From assembly GCA_900544195.1 (NCBI GenBank), contig UQUJ01000001.1:45342-109341 (forward strand): DNA of 64,000 nt. Reading direction: 5' to 3'. Below, one piece after another: positions 9,090 to 18,567 of this stretch; within the stretch, counting starts at the first letter, position 1; every line of letters begins with the position of its first letter. The notes beneath the pieces are model-generated. The model saw only the letters and a program-made list of their open reading frames with translations, was not told where the DNA came from and ran no database searches. The position numbers and the translations under genes were made by a program. The DNA is from an uncultured Alistipes sp. Its GTDB lineage: Bacteria; Bacteroidota; Bacteroidia; Bacteroidales; UBA932.

Positions 9090-10286
9090 TCATAGCCTCT
9101 GATAAAGAATCACTTCCGAGAGGCTGGCGTGCGGGGCGTTGTTGCTGCCTGTCACCTTCAGCCGGAAATATCTTCCTGTGGCTTTTCCCGGCAGCACCAG
9201 AATACGCATCACCGGAGTCGGACTGTCCGGAAAGTCCATCGCTCCGGCCTCAGTCCACTCAACCTTGTCCTCGCTCATGTCGAATGCGACAGCCTTGGTG
9301 TCCTTGTTGTTCAGACGCCGGGCAAGAAGAATGGCGGAGATGGTCTTGGACTCGCCGAGGTCAACGACTATTGTGTGCGGCATCACCGGTCTGGCACCGT
9401 TATTCCACTCAGAGTGCCAGAAAGTGTTGAAGTTTCCGTCGATGATGCAATGGGCGAATCCATTTGAACCTTCGCCTACCGCTTCCTGTGTGCTGAACGA
9501 GTCTATGGCAAGACTAGCCTGCGGAATTTGTGAATATTCCGACATCAGTCCGGGATTCTCCTCGGTGCCTACCCATTCCTCCCGTGAGACAACATAGTAG
9601 AAAATAGGAAAGACAAAGGTTTCCGGTTCGGATTCGACAAGATCTATGGCGTTTTCCTCAGGCCTGAACACGGAAACCACCGAGAACTCTCCCTTTGAGA
9701 TGAAGTCTTCGATGAGGAGTGTCGGCTCGCTCGCCGACTGTTCGATTGTCTTGACCGAGCCGTCAATGCTGCTGACATATGTCACCTTTACTGAAACACA
9801 GTCGTCTACCGGAACCCATGTGATCGTGGCTCCATCCCTTGAAGGCACGATGGATCTGCATCCGCGTCTGTTCAGGTTGATGCTTTCCTTGTAGGCATCC
9901 CCATAGACCTCTCCAGAGATGGTCTGCGGAAGGGACTCCTTCCCGGACTGGCTATGGGACGTGATGCTGAAAATGTACTTTCCCTCAGGAATGTCAAAGG
10001 TGGCCTCGTGCATCCCGTCTGATGTGGCCTCTATCGGAACGACCACAGGCGCCTCCGCTCCTTGCCAGGTGATTCTACAGGAGTTTATCCTTGGATCCGC
10101 ATTCAGCCTCCACCTCAACCGGATCCGCTTGAATCCGGCATCCGCCTCCAGATCCGCCGGCTTGCCGAGATACGTGTCCTCTCCCATCTTTAGATACTTG
10201 TCGTGAATCTCGTACATGTCGCCACAGGCGGGCAAGAAAAGGGAGATAGCCAGACACGTCACCAAATATTCAAATATTCTTTTCAT
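9090..10286 (-). CDS. PUL-encoded surface lipoprotein with C-terminal F5/8 type C (discoidin-like) domain, DUF5000/DUF5126-like
   Basis: Lipoprotein signal (..LFLPACGD); C-terminal segment HCIIDGNFNTFWHSEW...VVDLGESKTISAILLARR is typical of discoidin carbohydrate-binding domains; position just after SusD in a PUL. Confidence 0.65.
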   Translation of the reverse strand: MKRIFEYLVTCLAISLFLPACGDMYEIHDKYLKMGEDTYLGKPADLEADAGFKRIRLRWRLNADPRINSCRITWQGAEAPVVVPIEATSDGMHEATFDIPEGKYIFSITSHSQSGKESLPQTISGEVYGDAYKESINLNRRGCRSIVPSRDGATITWVPVDDCVSVKVTYVSSIDGSVKTIEQSASEPTLLIEDFISKGEFSVVSVFRPEENAIDLVESEPETFVFPIFYYVVSREEWVGTEENPGLMSEYSQIPQASLAIDSFSTQEAVGEGSNGFAHCIIDGNFNTFWHSEWNNGARPVMPHTIVVDLGESKTISAILLARRLNNKDTKAVAFDMSEDKVEWTEAGAMDFPDSPTPVMRILVLPGKATGRYFRLKVTGSNNAPHASLSEVILYQRL

Positions 10287-10309
10287 ACTTCATATTCATT
10301 AAATAATCC

Positions 10310-11545
10310 CTACTGCACCACTTGTCCCCAGAAGGTCATTTCGCCTATCTGGGTGTAGATTCCTCCGCTCCAGGTCTCCAACATCAGGATTCTGACGTAG
10401 CGGAACGGCTCGGCCTCGATCGGCACCTCGTGCTCGTCCCCGCCACGGATATATTCCGCGTCCTCGTTGGTTATGACCCCGCTGTCGGCGCCGGATGGCT
10501 TGTAGCACTCAACATCCATTATCTTTCTCCAGCCTTCGAATGTCGGATAAGTGAGGCCGTCGTCGCCAACGACTCCTCCATTATACATTTCGCTCGTCAG
10601 CTCGTCGCAGCCATAGATCGTGTAACGCTTGAGGTTGTTGTGGGTATACATCCAAGAGTTGCCGGACAGACGCTGGAACATCTTGAAACGGCTGAGTTTG
10701 GCGCGTTGCCCCATATCGAACGTAATGCACTGTCCTATGTTTGTCGGATCATTGCTGTGGAAGCACTCCGACTGGTTGACTATGCCGTTCCAGATGTTTC
10801 TTATCGGGAGACTGCCATGTACGTTGCAGTCGCCGGGCAGCTTGTCCACCTCTCTGAACAGAGACTTGTCAATCAAGGACTCAGGTAGAGGATTGCTCTC
10901 CTGTGACATAGTTTCCGAATAGTTGTCCCAGCGATCCCTGACACGGAATGACAGCAGCACCGGCTCCGGGTCAAGGCCCCTGATCGTGGCACTTCCAACG
11001 CGGGTGCTCGTGTACACGTTCTCAAGGGAAATCCAATCCTCGCCGTCCTGTCTCGCCACCTCAATGATGATGTTGCTTTCTGTCGGATTCTCCCATGTCA
11101 TCTTGATGCCTCCGAAACTGTCAACAATTCTCAGGGACTCGAAGATGAACTCTACCGGAGGTTTCAGAGGGCTGACCGTCACGGAGACGGGAGTGGACTC
11201 ATTACGGCTCTTGTCAACGCTTGTCAGCCTCACGGTATAGTCTCCCACTTTGCCGAAACCTTCGACGGTAAGTTTGTTGACATACGGGGACGCTTTGGTG
11301 AATCTTTCCACGCCGTTGATTGTGTAGGTTGCCACGACACAAAGCAGGTCATCCTCCTTGGGAGCCGTGAAAGTGATTATCGCTCCGCCGTTGATGTTCT
11401 CGACTCCTACGACCGTCGGCGGTGCGGGAGCGACATCGTCCACCTTGTCAAGACCGAGTTTGCCCTCCTCGCCGCATCCGCCGGCAAAAGCGGCGCACAG
11501 CAAGGCAAGGCTGTATTTAAAGATGATTCTATCTAAACTTTTCAT
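10310..11545 (-). CDS. PUL-encoded surface lipoprotein (DUF4959-like Ig-fold repeats plus C-terminal galactose-binding-like domain)
   Basis: Lipoprotein signal (..AFAGGCGEEG), 411 aa, sits between the SusD and the discoidin lipoprotein. This architecture is known from N-glycan/host-glycan PULs. Confidence 0.6.
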   Translation of the reverse strand: MKSLDRIIFKYSLALLCAAFAGGCGEEGKLGLDKVDDVAPAPPTVVGVENINGGAIITFTAPKEDDLLCVVATYTINGVERFTKASPYVNKLTVEGFGKVGDYTVRLTSVDKSRNESTPVSVTVSPLKPPVEFIFESLRIVDSFGGIKMTWENPTESNIIIEVARQDGEDWISLENVYTSTRVGSATIRGLDPEPVLLSFRVRDRWDNYSETMSQESNPLPESLIDKSLFREVDKLPGDCNVHGSLPIRNIWNGIVNQSECFHSNDPTNIGQCITFDMGQRAKLSRFKMFQRLSGNSWMYTHNNLKRYTIYGCDELTSEMYNGGVVGDDGLTYPTFEGWRKIMDVECYKPSGADSGVITNEDAEYIRGGDEHEVPIEAEPFRYVRILMLETWSGGIYTQIGEMTFWGQVVQ

Positions 11546-11603
11546 AAGCGGTGATGTTCTTTATTCACTGAAAAATAACTCTTCACTCATTTCCTGAGCC
11601 GGA

Positions 11604-13529
11604 TCACCAGCCCGGATTCTGGACCAGGTTAGGATTCTTCAGCAAGGAAGAAACCTTCAGAGGCCAGAGATAATCCTTGTAGGAATATTTAGTCCTGCGG
11701 TAGAGAGTTGTCACCCTGTAGAACTCCTGCGCGCTTTGTCCTTTGATGTTCCATCCGCGCACCTCGCTCGGCAGATCCTGCTTCCACCGGCGCAGATCCC
11801 AGAAGCGCCTTCCTTCGCCTGCCATCTCGTTGAGTCTCTCGTTCCTGATAATCTGTCTCATGCCGCCTTGTGTCATCGGCTTGTCCGGATTTATGGAGTA
11901 CTTCCCCCACGAATCCACAACGCCCTCGAGACCGGCTCTCTCACGCACAAGGTCAACATATCTGTAAACCTCATCGTCCGGACTGTCCTTCACCTCATTC
12001 AAGGCCTCGGCGTACATCAGATAGAGATCCGCGAGACGGATGATCGGGAAGGCATAACGGTACGGACTCCAGCTGCCGGAAGTCAGGTTGCACTCATAGC
12101 TGCAGACTTTCTTGTTGAGATAGCCTGTGTAGGAGTGATCCTCCGATGTGCTTCGTCCGGACACTTCCCGCGCCCTGAAGCGGTACAAGCCAAGATTCCG
12201 CTGTTCGTCATTCGTATATCCCTTGCCGTACCAGGTGCCGCGGTCGAAAGCGAGGCTCGCATAGAAGCGCGGCTCTCTCTCGAGATGGAGGGCAGCCGTT
12301 TCAGCACCGAGTTCAAGAATATACCTGTTGTCGCCCTCGTCAGGAATGGTCATTATCGAATATCTCTTCGGATAGTTCTCCGACCAGAATGCTCCGTTGT
12401 CCTCGGAAATCGGCACTCCGTGGGAAGAATAGAAAGTCTCCGCGACCGACAGGGTAGGAGCGAGAACAGACCTTGCGTTCCAGTTGTTTCCTTTAGTGTG
12501 CTTCGCCATCGACACGGTCTCAAGTCCCGTGACGTTGCGTGTGCTACCCCAGAGAATCTCCTTGTTCCATTTCTCCGTCACGGCACCCTTGATGCTCAGG
12601 ATCCTCTTTGTCGCATCAGAAATGCTGGACAAGGCCAGATGATAGGTGTAAAGCGCATGCCCATGACTTTCGGCAAGTTGAATGGCTTCCATCGCGGCGT
12701 CAGCCGCTTTCTGCCACTTGTTCTTGTCCGGTTCCGCGGAGCCGAAAATATTCCTGTCCCTGTTGTCCTTGACAGACGCATAGTCAGCGTTGCCGTTGAA
12801 CAGCGGACTGGCGGCCAGCAAAAGTACCTGAGCCTTCACGGACTTGGCGATTATCTGTGTGGCTCTGCCGAGTTCTATCAGCTCATCCGCGATGGTGACA
12901 GGCAGATCCTTCGCCGCTTCGTCCAGCAGTGCAACAATGTAGGCCACCACATCATCGACCGGGTCCCTGTAGCGACGCACCTCTTCCTGAGAGGAGTCTA
13001 TGCTGATGTTCTCGTCCATGATAGGAATCGGCCCGTACAGGGAGAAAAGGTAGTAGTGGTAATATGCCTTGAGGAACTTCACCTCCGCTATCCATCGCAC
13101 GCGTTCATATTCCTCGATGTCCTCCGGCTTGTGGATATTCTCTAAAAAAGTGTTGCAGTCCCGGATTGCCACCCACAGGTTCGTCCCTCCGTTCCCGCCG
13201 TCCCAGTAATTCTGCCACGGGTCGTTGCTGTTCTGCTCTCCTCGTCCGATCTCCCAAGCGTTCAGGCTTATGCGCCGTTCTATGAATCCCGTTCCTTTCG
13301 GGATAAGCCAGTGCTCGTCCCCTGCAAGGAAGCCTATCGATCCTCCCTGATCCCAGGAAGGAAGATAGCTGTAGCAGGTGTAAAGGAACTTGAATGAGTT
13401 TATCCTGTTGCTGAAGGCGTTGTCCAGACTCGGTGTCCCTTCGGGTACAATGTTGAGGTAGTCGCCGCACGATGTCCCCGTAAAAGTGAGTGTGAGAGCA
13501 ATGGTTGCTCCAAGTATTATCTTTTTCAT
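11604..13529 (-). CDS. susD: SusD/RagB-family nutrient-binding outer-membrane lipoprotein
   Basis: Lipoprotein signal (..FTGTSCGDYLNIVPEG); 641 aa; ends ..QNPGW; immediately downstream of a SusC gene. Confidence 0.9.
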   Translation of the reverse strand: MKKIILGATIALTLTFTGTSCGDYLNIVPEGTPSLDNAFSNRINSFKFLYTCYSYLPSWDQGGSIGFLAGDEHWLIPKGTGFIERRISLNAWEIGRGEQNSNDPWQNYWDGGNGGTNLWVAIRDCNTFLENIHKPEDIEEYERVRWIAEVKFLKAYYHYYLFSLYGPIPIMDENISIDSSQEEVRRYRDPVDDVVAYIVALLDEAAKDLPVTIADELIELGRATQIIAKSVKAQVLLLAASPLFNGNADYASVKDNRDRNIFGSAEPDKNKWQKAADAAMEAIQLAESHGHALYTYHLALSSISDATKRILSIKGAVTEKWNKEILWGSTRNVTGLETVSMAKHTKGNNWNARSVLAPTLSVAETFYSSHGVPISEDNGAFWSENYPKRYSIMTIPDEGDNRYILELGAETAALHLEREPRFYASLAFDRGTWYGKGYTNDEQRNLGLYRFRAREVSGRSTSEDHSYTGYLNKKVCSYECNLTSGSWSPYRYAFPIIRLADLYLMYAEALNEVKDSPDDEVYRYVDLVRERAGLEGVVDSWGKYSINPDKPMTQGGMRQIIRNERLNEMAGEGRRFWDLRRWKQDLPSEVRGWNIKGQSAQEFYRVTTLYRRTKYSYKDYLWPLKVSSLLKNPNLVQNPGW

Positions 13530-13546
13530 ATATCGTGTGACTTTAA

Positions 13547-16500
13547 TTATAGTGAAACCTGAATGCCAATGTTGACGACTCGCTGGAGCGGATAACCGAG
13601 GCCGTTGCCGCCCATCTCCGTGTCCCAGACCTTGAATCTGGAGAAGTTGTACAGATTGGTTCCGTTGAGGTATACCCTGAGGTTCTCAAGACCTATCCTC
13701 TGCGCGATGCGGCGAGGAAGAGTATAGCCCAGTTCCGCTGACTTAAGCCGTAGGAAAGCCCCGTTGCGCAGCCACCATGTGCTCGTTTGCTCATTGTTCC
13801 TGATCGAGGTGTCGGAAAGGCGAGGCCAGAATGCATAGGCGTTCTGGTTCGTCTCGCTCCAATGATCATCGGCTACAACCTTAAGCAGGGCGTTGGTCAC
13901 GACCTTCCCGCCCATGATATTGTCCGGGTCATAGTTTGCGAACGGAGTGATGCGGCTTGCCGAGATGAAGAAGGACGAGCGGGCAGAGCCCTGGAAGAAA
14001 CAGCTCAAGTCAAAGGCTTTCCATCCGAAAGACAAGCCGAATCCATAAATTATCTCCGGAGTGGTTGGGTAGCCTATCGGAACCCTGTCCTGCTCGTCTA
14101 TGATTCCGTCCCTGTTGATGTCCTTGTACTTGATGTCTCCCGCCATGCAGTCACCGAAACTCTGCTTGGGCGAGTTGGCGACATCCTCCTCGTCGATGAA
14201 CAGGCGCTCGGCTATGAATCCGTATGCCTGGCTGATTTTGCTGCCGATGCGCGAACGCCACGGAGTGGCCGAGTAGTCCGGTTCCTCGAACTTCGAGTAC
14301 TTGCTCGTGGCATAGGTGAAATTGCCTCTGACCGTGGCCCAGAGGTCCTTGTTGAACGAGTGGGAGTAGTCAAGTGAGATGTCCACGCCCTCCCCCTTGG
14401 CCTCTCCAAGGTTAGCCATCGGATTGACGCGGAATCCCACCAGAGAAGGGATGTCCGCACGTGTCTGCAGGATGTTCGTCCTCCTTTCGCGGAAATATTC
14501 GGCCTGCAGCTCCACCTTGTCGAAGAACTTCACTTCGATTCCGGTGTTCAGCTTATGGGATATCTCCCATCCGATGCGCGGGTTGGCGTAACGATTGACT
14601 GTAATACCGGTCATTGTGACATTGTTGTAGGAGGTGCTGAAGTCAGTTCCAAACGCGAAGCCCCTGTTGCCGTCGTTCATGTTCACCTCGGAAAGGTAGA
14701 AGAAGCGGTTGGCGGACGATGAGATCTCATCGTTGCCCACCAGTCCGTAGGAAGCCTTCAGTTTGAGGAAATTGATTGCCTTTGAAAGTTTTCCGCCCTT
14801 CCAGAATCCCTCGTTTGACACTACCCATCCAAGTCCGAATGAAGGGAAGAAGCCCCACCTGTGGCTCTTGTCGAAGCGCTCCGAGCCATTGTAGCCGAAG
14901 TTGAACTCGGTGAAATATCGGTCGGCGTACCCATAGGTGAAACGACCTGCGAGGCCGAGGTTCCTTCTCGGAAGAGAGAGCTGCAAAGTGCTTTCGTTCG
15001 CCGACTTGCCCTCCCTTGCGGTGAAGACAAGCAAGCCGCTCACATTGTGCCTGTCTCTGAAAATCCGGTCATAGGAGAGAGCTGCCTCCATGTAGATGGA
15101 GCTGCTGATCGTCTTGGCTCCCTGGGTATATCCCAGATAGTCTGTGCCGCTCTCGGGATTAATGGCCGACAGGGTGTATTCATCCGTGGCCTTGTCGTAG
15201 ATGCCTATGGTGTAGTAGAAAGGCACATATGCCCTGTAAAGGTCATAGTAGGACTCTCGGGAGACGTTGCCAAGCAGACGTCCGTTCAGCCCTTGGGTGA
15301 TGAAGGAGAAGTCCTGCTTCAGTTCCAGCTGTGCCAGAACGACCGTGTTCTCGTATTCCTTGTAGCCTCGCGCCATCTCAGCGTACGGATTCAGGTAGTT
15401 GGCGTCTCTGCCGTAGTTTCCGAAAAGGACATTCTTCGATGTCTTGTTCTGCTTGTCGGGGGCGAAGAAAGCCGGGAATCGTACAGGGCTTGCCTTGATC
15501 GCCTTCGCGTACATGGACGCTCCTCCGTCAATCGGACCCTGGTAGCTGTCGAAGGTGCCGCTTACCCTGACCGCCAGTTCCGTGGTCTTTGTGAGGTTGA
15601 TGTTCACATTGGACCGTACGGTGTACTTGTCGAGTTTGATGTTGTTGTCGAAGAGGTTCTTCGGCACCTGCTTGAGTATACCGTTGTCCCTTGAATATGA
15701 AAGGGCGACATAATAGCGGGCGACACGTCCTCCTCCGCTTATGTTCATGTTCCCCCTATAGTTGGATGTGTAGTCCTTGAAGAGCATTTGTTTCCAGTCC
15801 ACCGTCGGATAGACATAGGGATTAAGACCTCGTTCCCTTGCGGCGATCTCGCTTTCCAGATAAGGTAAGGCGTTGTTCGGATTGCGTGTACGCACCGCCT
15901 CGTTGTGCAGGTACATGAATGTGATCGGATCGGCGATATCGACTTCCCTCACCGGAGCCGATATTGAGTTCTCCGCGCGGAAAGACAGCTTCATCTTCCC
16001 TTCCGCACCCTCCTTGGTAGTGACAAGGATCACACCGTTGGCTCCGCGCGCGCCGTAGAGGGCGGTGGCGGTGGCGTCCTTGAGAATGGAGAAACTTGCG
16101 ATGTCATCCGGGTTAAGCCTGGCCAAGTCGGATGAGGTGAGCTCTACATTGTCGATAAGAATCAACGGATTCGCCTTTCCTGTTCCGAACGTGGTGACAC
16201 CGCGGATGAAGAATTCCGCGTTGTCCTGCCCCGGCTCTCCGCTTCTCTGATAGGCAACCACTCCAGCAAGTTTTCCGGCGAATCCTGTGGTCAGGTTACT
16301 GGTCGGGGTCTTCAGCTCCGCCGGTCGCACTGTGGTCACGGAACCGAGCACCGACTCCTTTTTCTGCTTGGCGAAAGCCACGACCGTTGCATCCTCAATC
16401 GTCATCCCGGTGTCCTCCACCAGGGTGATCACACGGAACGCATTTAGTTTATCCGGACTGAACGGGATGACTTTCTTCTGGTAGCCGATTATGTAGACTT

Positions 16501-16831
16501 CCACGGTCTTTGTGCCTGCGGGAACCTTGAGGGAGAAGTCACCGTTGAGATCCGTGGTTGTGCCTACTGATGTCCCGGGTACATAGACACCCGCTCCCGC
16601 GATCGGTTCGTTGTTGAAGTCCAGAACAACTCCTTTGATCGTATATGTTCCGGTTTGAGACTGAGGGCTTATGGCCTTCGGACTTGCCGAGGCGTGAAAG
16701 GGGTACAGAATCATGGCTAAGGTCAAGACTAAAGCCTCGGTTAGTCCGATTACTGCCCACCTGTGGATTCTTGTGGTCATAGGCATGATTGAATTAAATG
16801 GGTTTGAGTTGATTGATATGTTCAGTTTCAA
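13547..16831 (-). CDS. susC: SusC/RagA-family TonB-dependent transporter (true start may be the internal Met at MPMTTRIHRW)
   Basis: 1094 aa; carboxypeptidase-regulatory-like N-domain (KGVVLDFNNEPIAGAGVYVPGT); plug block (LILIDNVE, ALYGARGANGVILVTTK); barrel ends ..IQVSL. Confidence 0.92.
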   Translation of the reverse strand: MKLNISINSNPFNSIMPMTTRIHRWAVIGLTEALVLTLAMILYPFHASASPKAISPQSQTGTYTIKGVVLDFNNEPIAGAGVYVPGTSVGTTTDLNGDFSLKVPAGTKTVEVYIIGYQKKVIPFSPDKLNAFRVITLVEDTGMTIEDATVVAFAKQKKESVLGSVTTVRPAELKTPTSNLTTGFAGKLAGVVAYQRSGEPGQDNAEFFIRGVTTFGTGKANPLILIDNVELTSSDLARLNPDDIASFSILKDATATALYGARGANGVILVTTKEGAEGKMKLSFRAENSISAPVREVDIADPITFMYLHNEAVRTRNPNNALPYLESEIAARERGLNPYVYPTVDWKQMLFKDYTSNYRGNMNISGGGRVARYYVALSYSRDNGILKQVPKNLFDNNIKLDKYTVRSNVNINLTKTTELAVRVSGTFDSYQGPIDGGASMYAKAIKASPVRFPAFFAPDKQNKTSKNVLFGNYGRDANYLNPYAEMARGYKEYENTVVLAQLELKQDFSFITQGLNGRLLGNVSRESYYDLYRAYVPFYYTIGIYDKATDEYTLSAINPESGTDYLGYTQGAKTISSSIYMEAALSYDRIFRDRHNVSGLLVFTAREGKSANESTLQLSLPRRNLGLAGRFTYGYADRYFTEFNFGYNGSERFDKSHRWGFFPSFGLGWVVSNEGFWKGGKLSKAINFLKLKASYGLVGNDEISSSANRFFYLSEVNMNDGNRGFAFGTDFSTSYNNVTMTGITVNRYANPRIGWEISHKLNTGIEVKFFDKVELQAEYFRERRTNILQTRADIPSLVGFRVNPMANLGEAKGEGVDISLDYSHSFNKDLWATVRGNFTYATSKYSKFEEPDYSATPWRSRIGSKISQAYGFIAERLFIDEEDVANSPKQSFGDCMAGDIKYKDINRDGIIDEQDRVPIGYPTTPEIIYGFGLSFGWKAFDLSCFFQGSARSSFFISASRITPFANYDPDNIMGGKVVTNALLKVVADDHWSETNQNAYAFWPRLSDTSIRNNEQTSTWWLRNGAFLRLKSAELGYTLPRRIAQRIGLENLRVYLNGTNLYNFSRFKVWDTEMGGNGLGYPLQRVVNIGIQVSL

Positions 16832-18177
16832 TGTGTTCCTCGGCGTTCAAGCCGACGGATTATGCGGCGGATGACGGCATCGATGGACTTGTCCGGCTCG
16901 ATGACGTTGTAGTCACCCCAGAAGTCGTCGTCCCGGAAGTCGCCGACCTTCTCGGAGAGGAAGTCCTTGAAACGGATCCTCTCGTCCGCGCCTATCCGCG
17001 CGGGAGCCTCGTTGTGGGCGGTGACGGCCATCTCGCCGGTGATGACGTAGTTGTTGCGGAAAAAGGACTTTCCCTTTCTGGACGAGAGGTTGATCCTCAT
17101 CAGGCTGTAGTCATAGTACCATGTGTCCCCGAATCGTTTGTAGTTGACGGCGTAGTCAGCCTTGGTGATGTAGAACCTCGTGTCCGGAGGCCTCTTGACG
17201 ACCATTATCCCTGCCGCCTTCTCCTCCCGTCCCTTGACATTCAGGGAGAGTTCGATCCTGCCTATCGCAAGACTCCCGCTCTCGATGTACAGTCGTCCGG
17301 AATAGAGGATCTCCTCCGAGCCGTCGATCTGGGTGAACGTGACCACGTAGAAGAACAGGCCATCCCTCAACACCGGTTCGCCCATTGCGAACCTGTAATG
17401 TCGTTCCACTTCTCTGAGCCAGACTCCCGCGAACGGATTCTTCACATTGTCCATGTCAAGAGCGGCCACCACTCCACCTCGGAAGCGGATAAGGATGCTG
17501 TCTGCGGCTCTGTAATCAGTGCTGGCGCGGCCTTTGAATATTCTGGCCCTGTCATTCTGAAAGGAGGTGTAGGACGCCTTGTTGATGTCGATCACAGCCT
17601 CGCTCAAGGTCAGATACCTGCCGCTCTGCCGTCGTATGATCTCCCTGTAGAACGCAGTCATGCCGGTGGTGACGGACGGATAGTTGTCTTTCACCTTGTC
17701 ATAAGCCTCATTAAAAAGATCCAAAGGATCGATTGACCTGATGACGGCGGGATCCAGAGTGAACGAGACCGGTGGAAGCTGGATTCCATACGGTTTGTCC
17801 GGACAGGATCCCGAGAAATCCTCCACACTCAAGGTAACGGTCACATAGCCAAGAAAACTGACCCTTATCTCATCCTCGGGCAAGACATCCATCGGAAGCT
17901 TCAGCGAGAAGAAACCCTCGGAGTTGCTTACGTTGGAGACTCCGGACACGACGTGTGTGACGGAGGCGAAAGCCAGGGAATGACCGTCGGAGGAGTCGGT
18001 TATCTTTCCATAGACGATGGGAATCCGCAGACTGTCCTGCGGCACGGATGACAAGGCCGGAGCGGACAGCGTGAAAAGGAATGCTGTCAAGGACGCGTAT
18101 GCCAACCGGACAAGGGTGGCACGAAGGTCAGGGGATACAGTGGTGCATGCTACGCCAACATCTGGAGTCTGCATCAA
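16828..18177 (-). CDS. Signal-peptide protein with carboxypeptidase-regulatory-like (CarbopepD_reg) beta-sandwich domain; first gene of the PUL, stop overlaps the SusC start
   Basis: 449 aa; hydrophobic N-terminus; block GKITDSSDGHSLAFASVTHVVSGVSNVSNSEGFFSLKLP is a typical CarbopepD_reg_2-like signature. Its stop codon at 16828-16830 overlaps the annotated SusC ATG. Confidence 0.55.
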   Translation of the reverse strand: MMQTPDVGVACTTVSPDLRATLVRLAYASLTAFLFTLSAPALSSVPQDSLRIPIVYGKITDSSDGHSLAFASVTHVVSGVSNVSNSEGFFSLKLPMDVLPEDEIRVSFLGYVTVTLSVEDFSGSCPDKPYGIQLPPVSFTLDPAVIRSIDPLDLFNEAYDKVKDNYPSVTTGMTAFYREIIRRQSGRYLTLSEAVIDINKASYTSFQNDRARIFKGRASTDYRAADSILIRFRGGVVAALDMDNVKNPFAGVWLREVERHYRFAMGEPVLRDGLFFYVVTFTQIDGSEEILYSGRLYIESGSLAIGRIELSLNVKGREEKAAGIMVVKRPPDTRFYITKADYAVNYKRFGDTWYYDYSLMRINLSSRKGKSFFRNNYVITGEMAVTAHNEAPARIGADERIRFKDFLSEKVGDFRDDDFWGDYNVIEPDKSIDAVIRRIIRRLERRGTH

Positions 18178-18482
18178 AACTATTGAATGTACTCATGCGT
18201 TCAAGGGTTTCTTATGTTGCACTTCCGTTCGTATGATGATGGGATGCTTATGAAAGGATGTAGCCTTGTCGAAAGAATCCTCTGTCTGTTGGTTCCGGTT
18301 ACAATGATATTGATAATAATTCTAATTTGCAAATATAATGTGCAATAATGCGAACATTTTGATTTACTGCTTGTTGCGCAAACGTTTTTGTTGGCTATCG
18401 CATAATTCAACCTGGTTAAAAAACCGCCTGACCGTCGGGCGGTCCGCTCTGGTGTGACACCTGATCCCTTGGACTTGGGCTT

Positions 18483-18526
18483 AAAAAAACTCGTGGTACC
18501 GGATTAAGTACCACGAGTTCTTTTAT
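18483..18526. terminator. Bidirectional rho-independent terminator, near-identical twin of 2336-2382
   Basis: Hairpin ACTCGTGGTACCGGATTAAGTACCACGAGT (18489-18518) flanked by an A-run and TTCTTTTATT, located 3' of the SusD at 18568. Confidence 0.75.
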
Positions 18527-18567
18527 TGTGTTGGCTGGCAAATTAGTTGTCTGCCACGCGGACTTCG

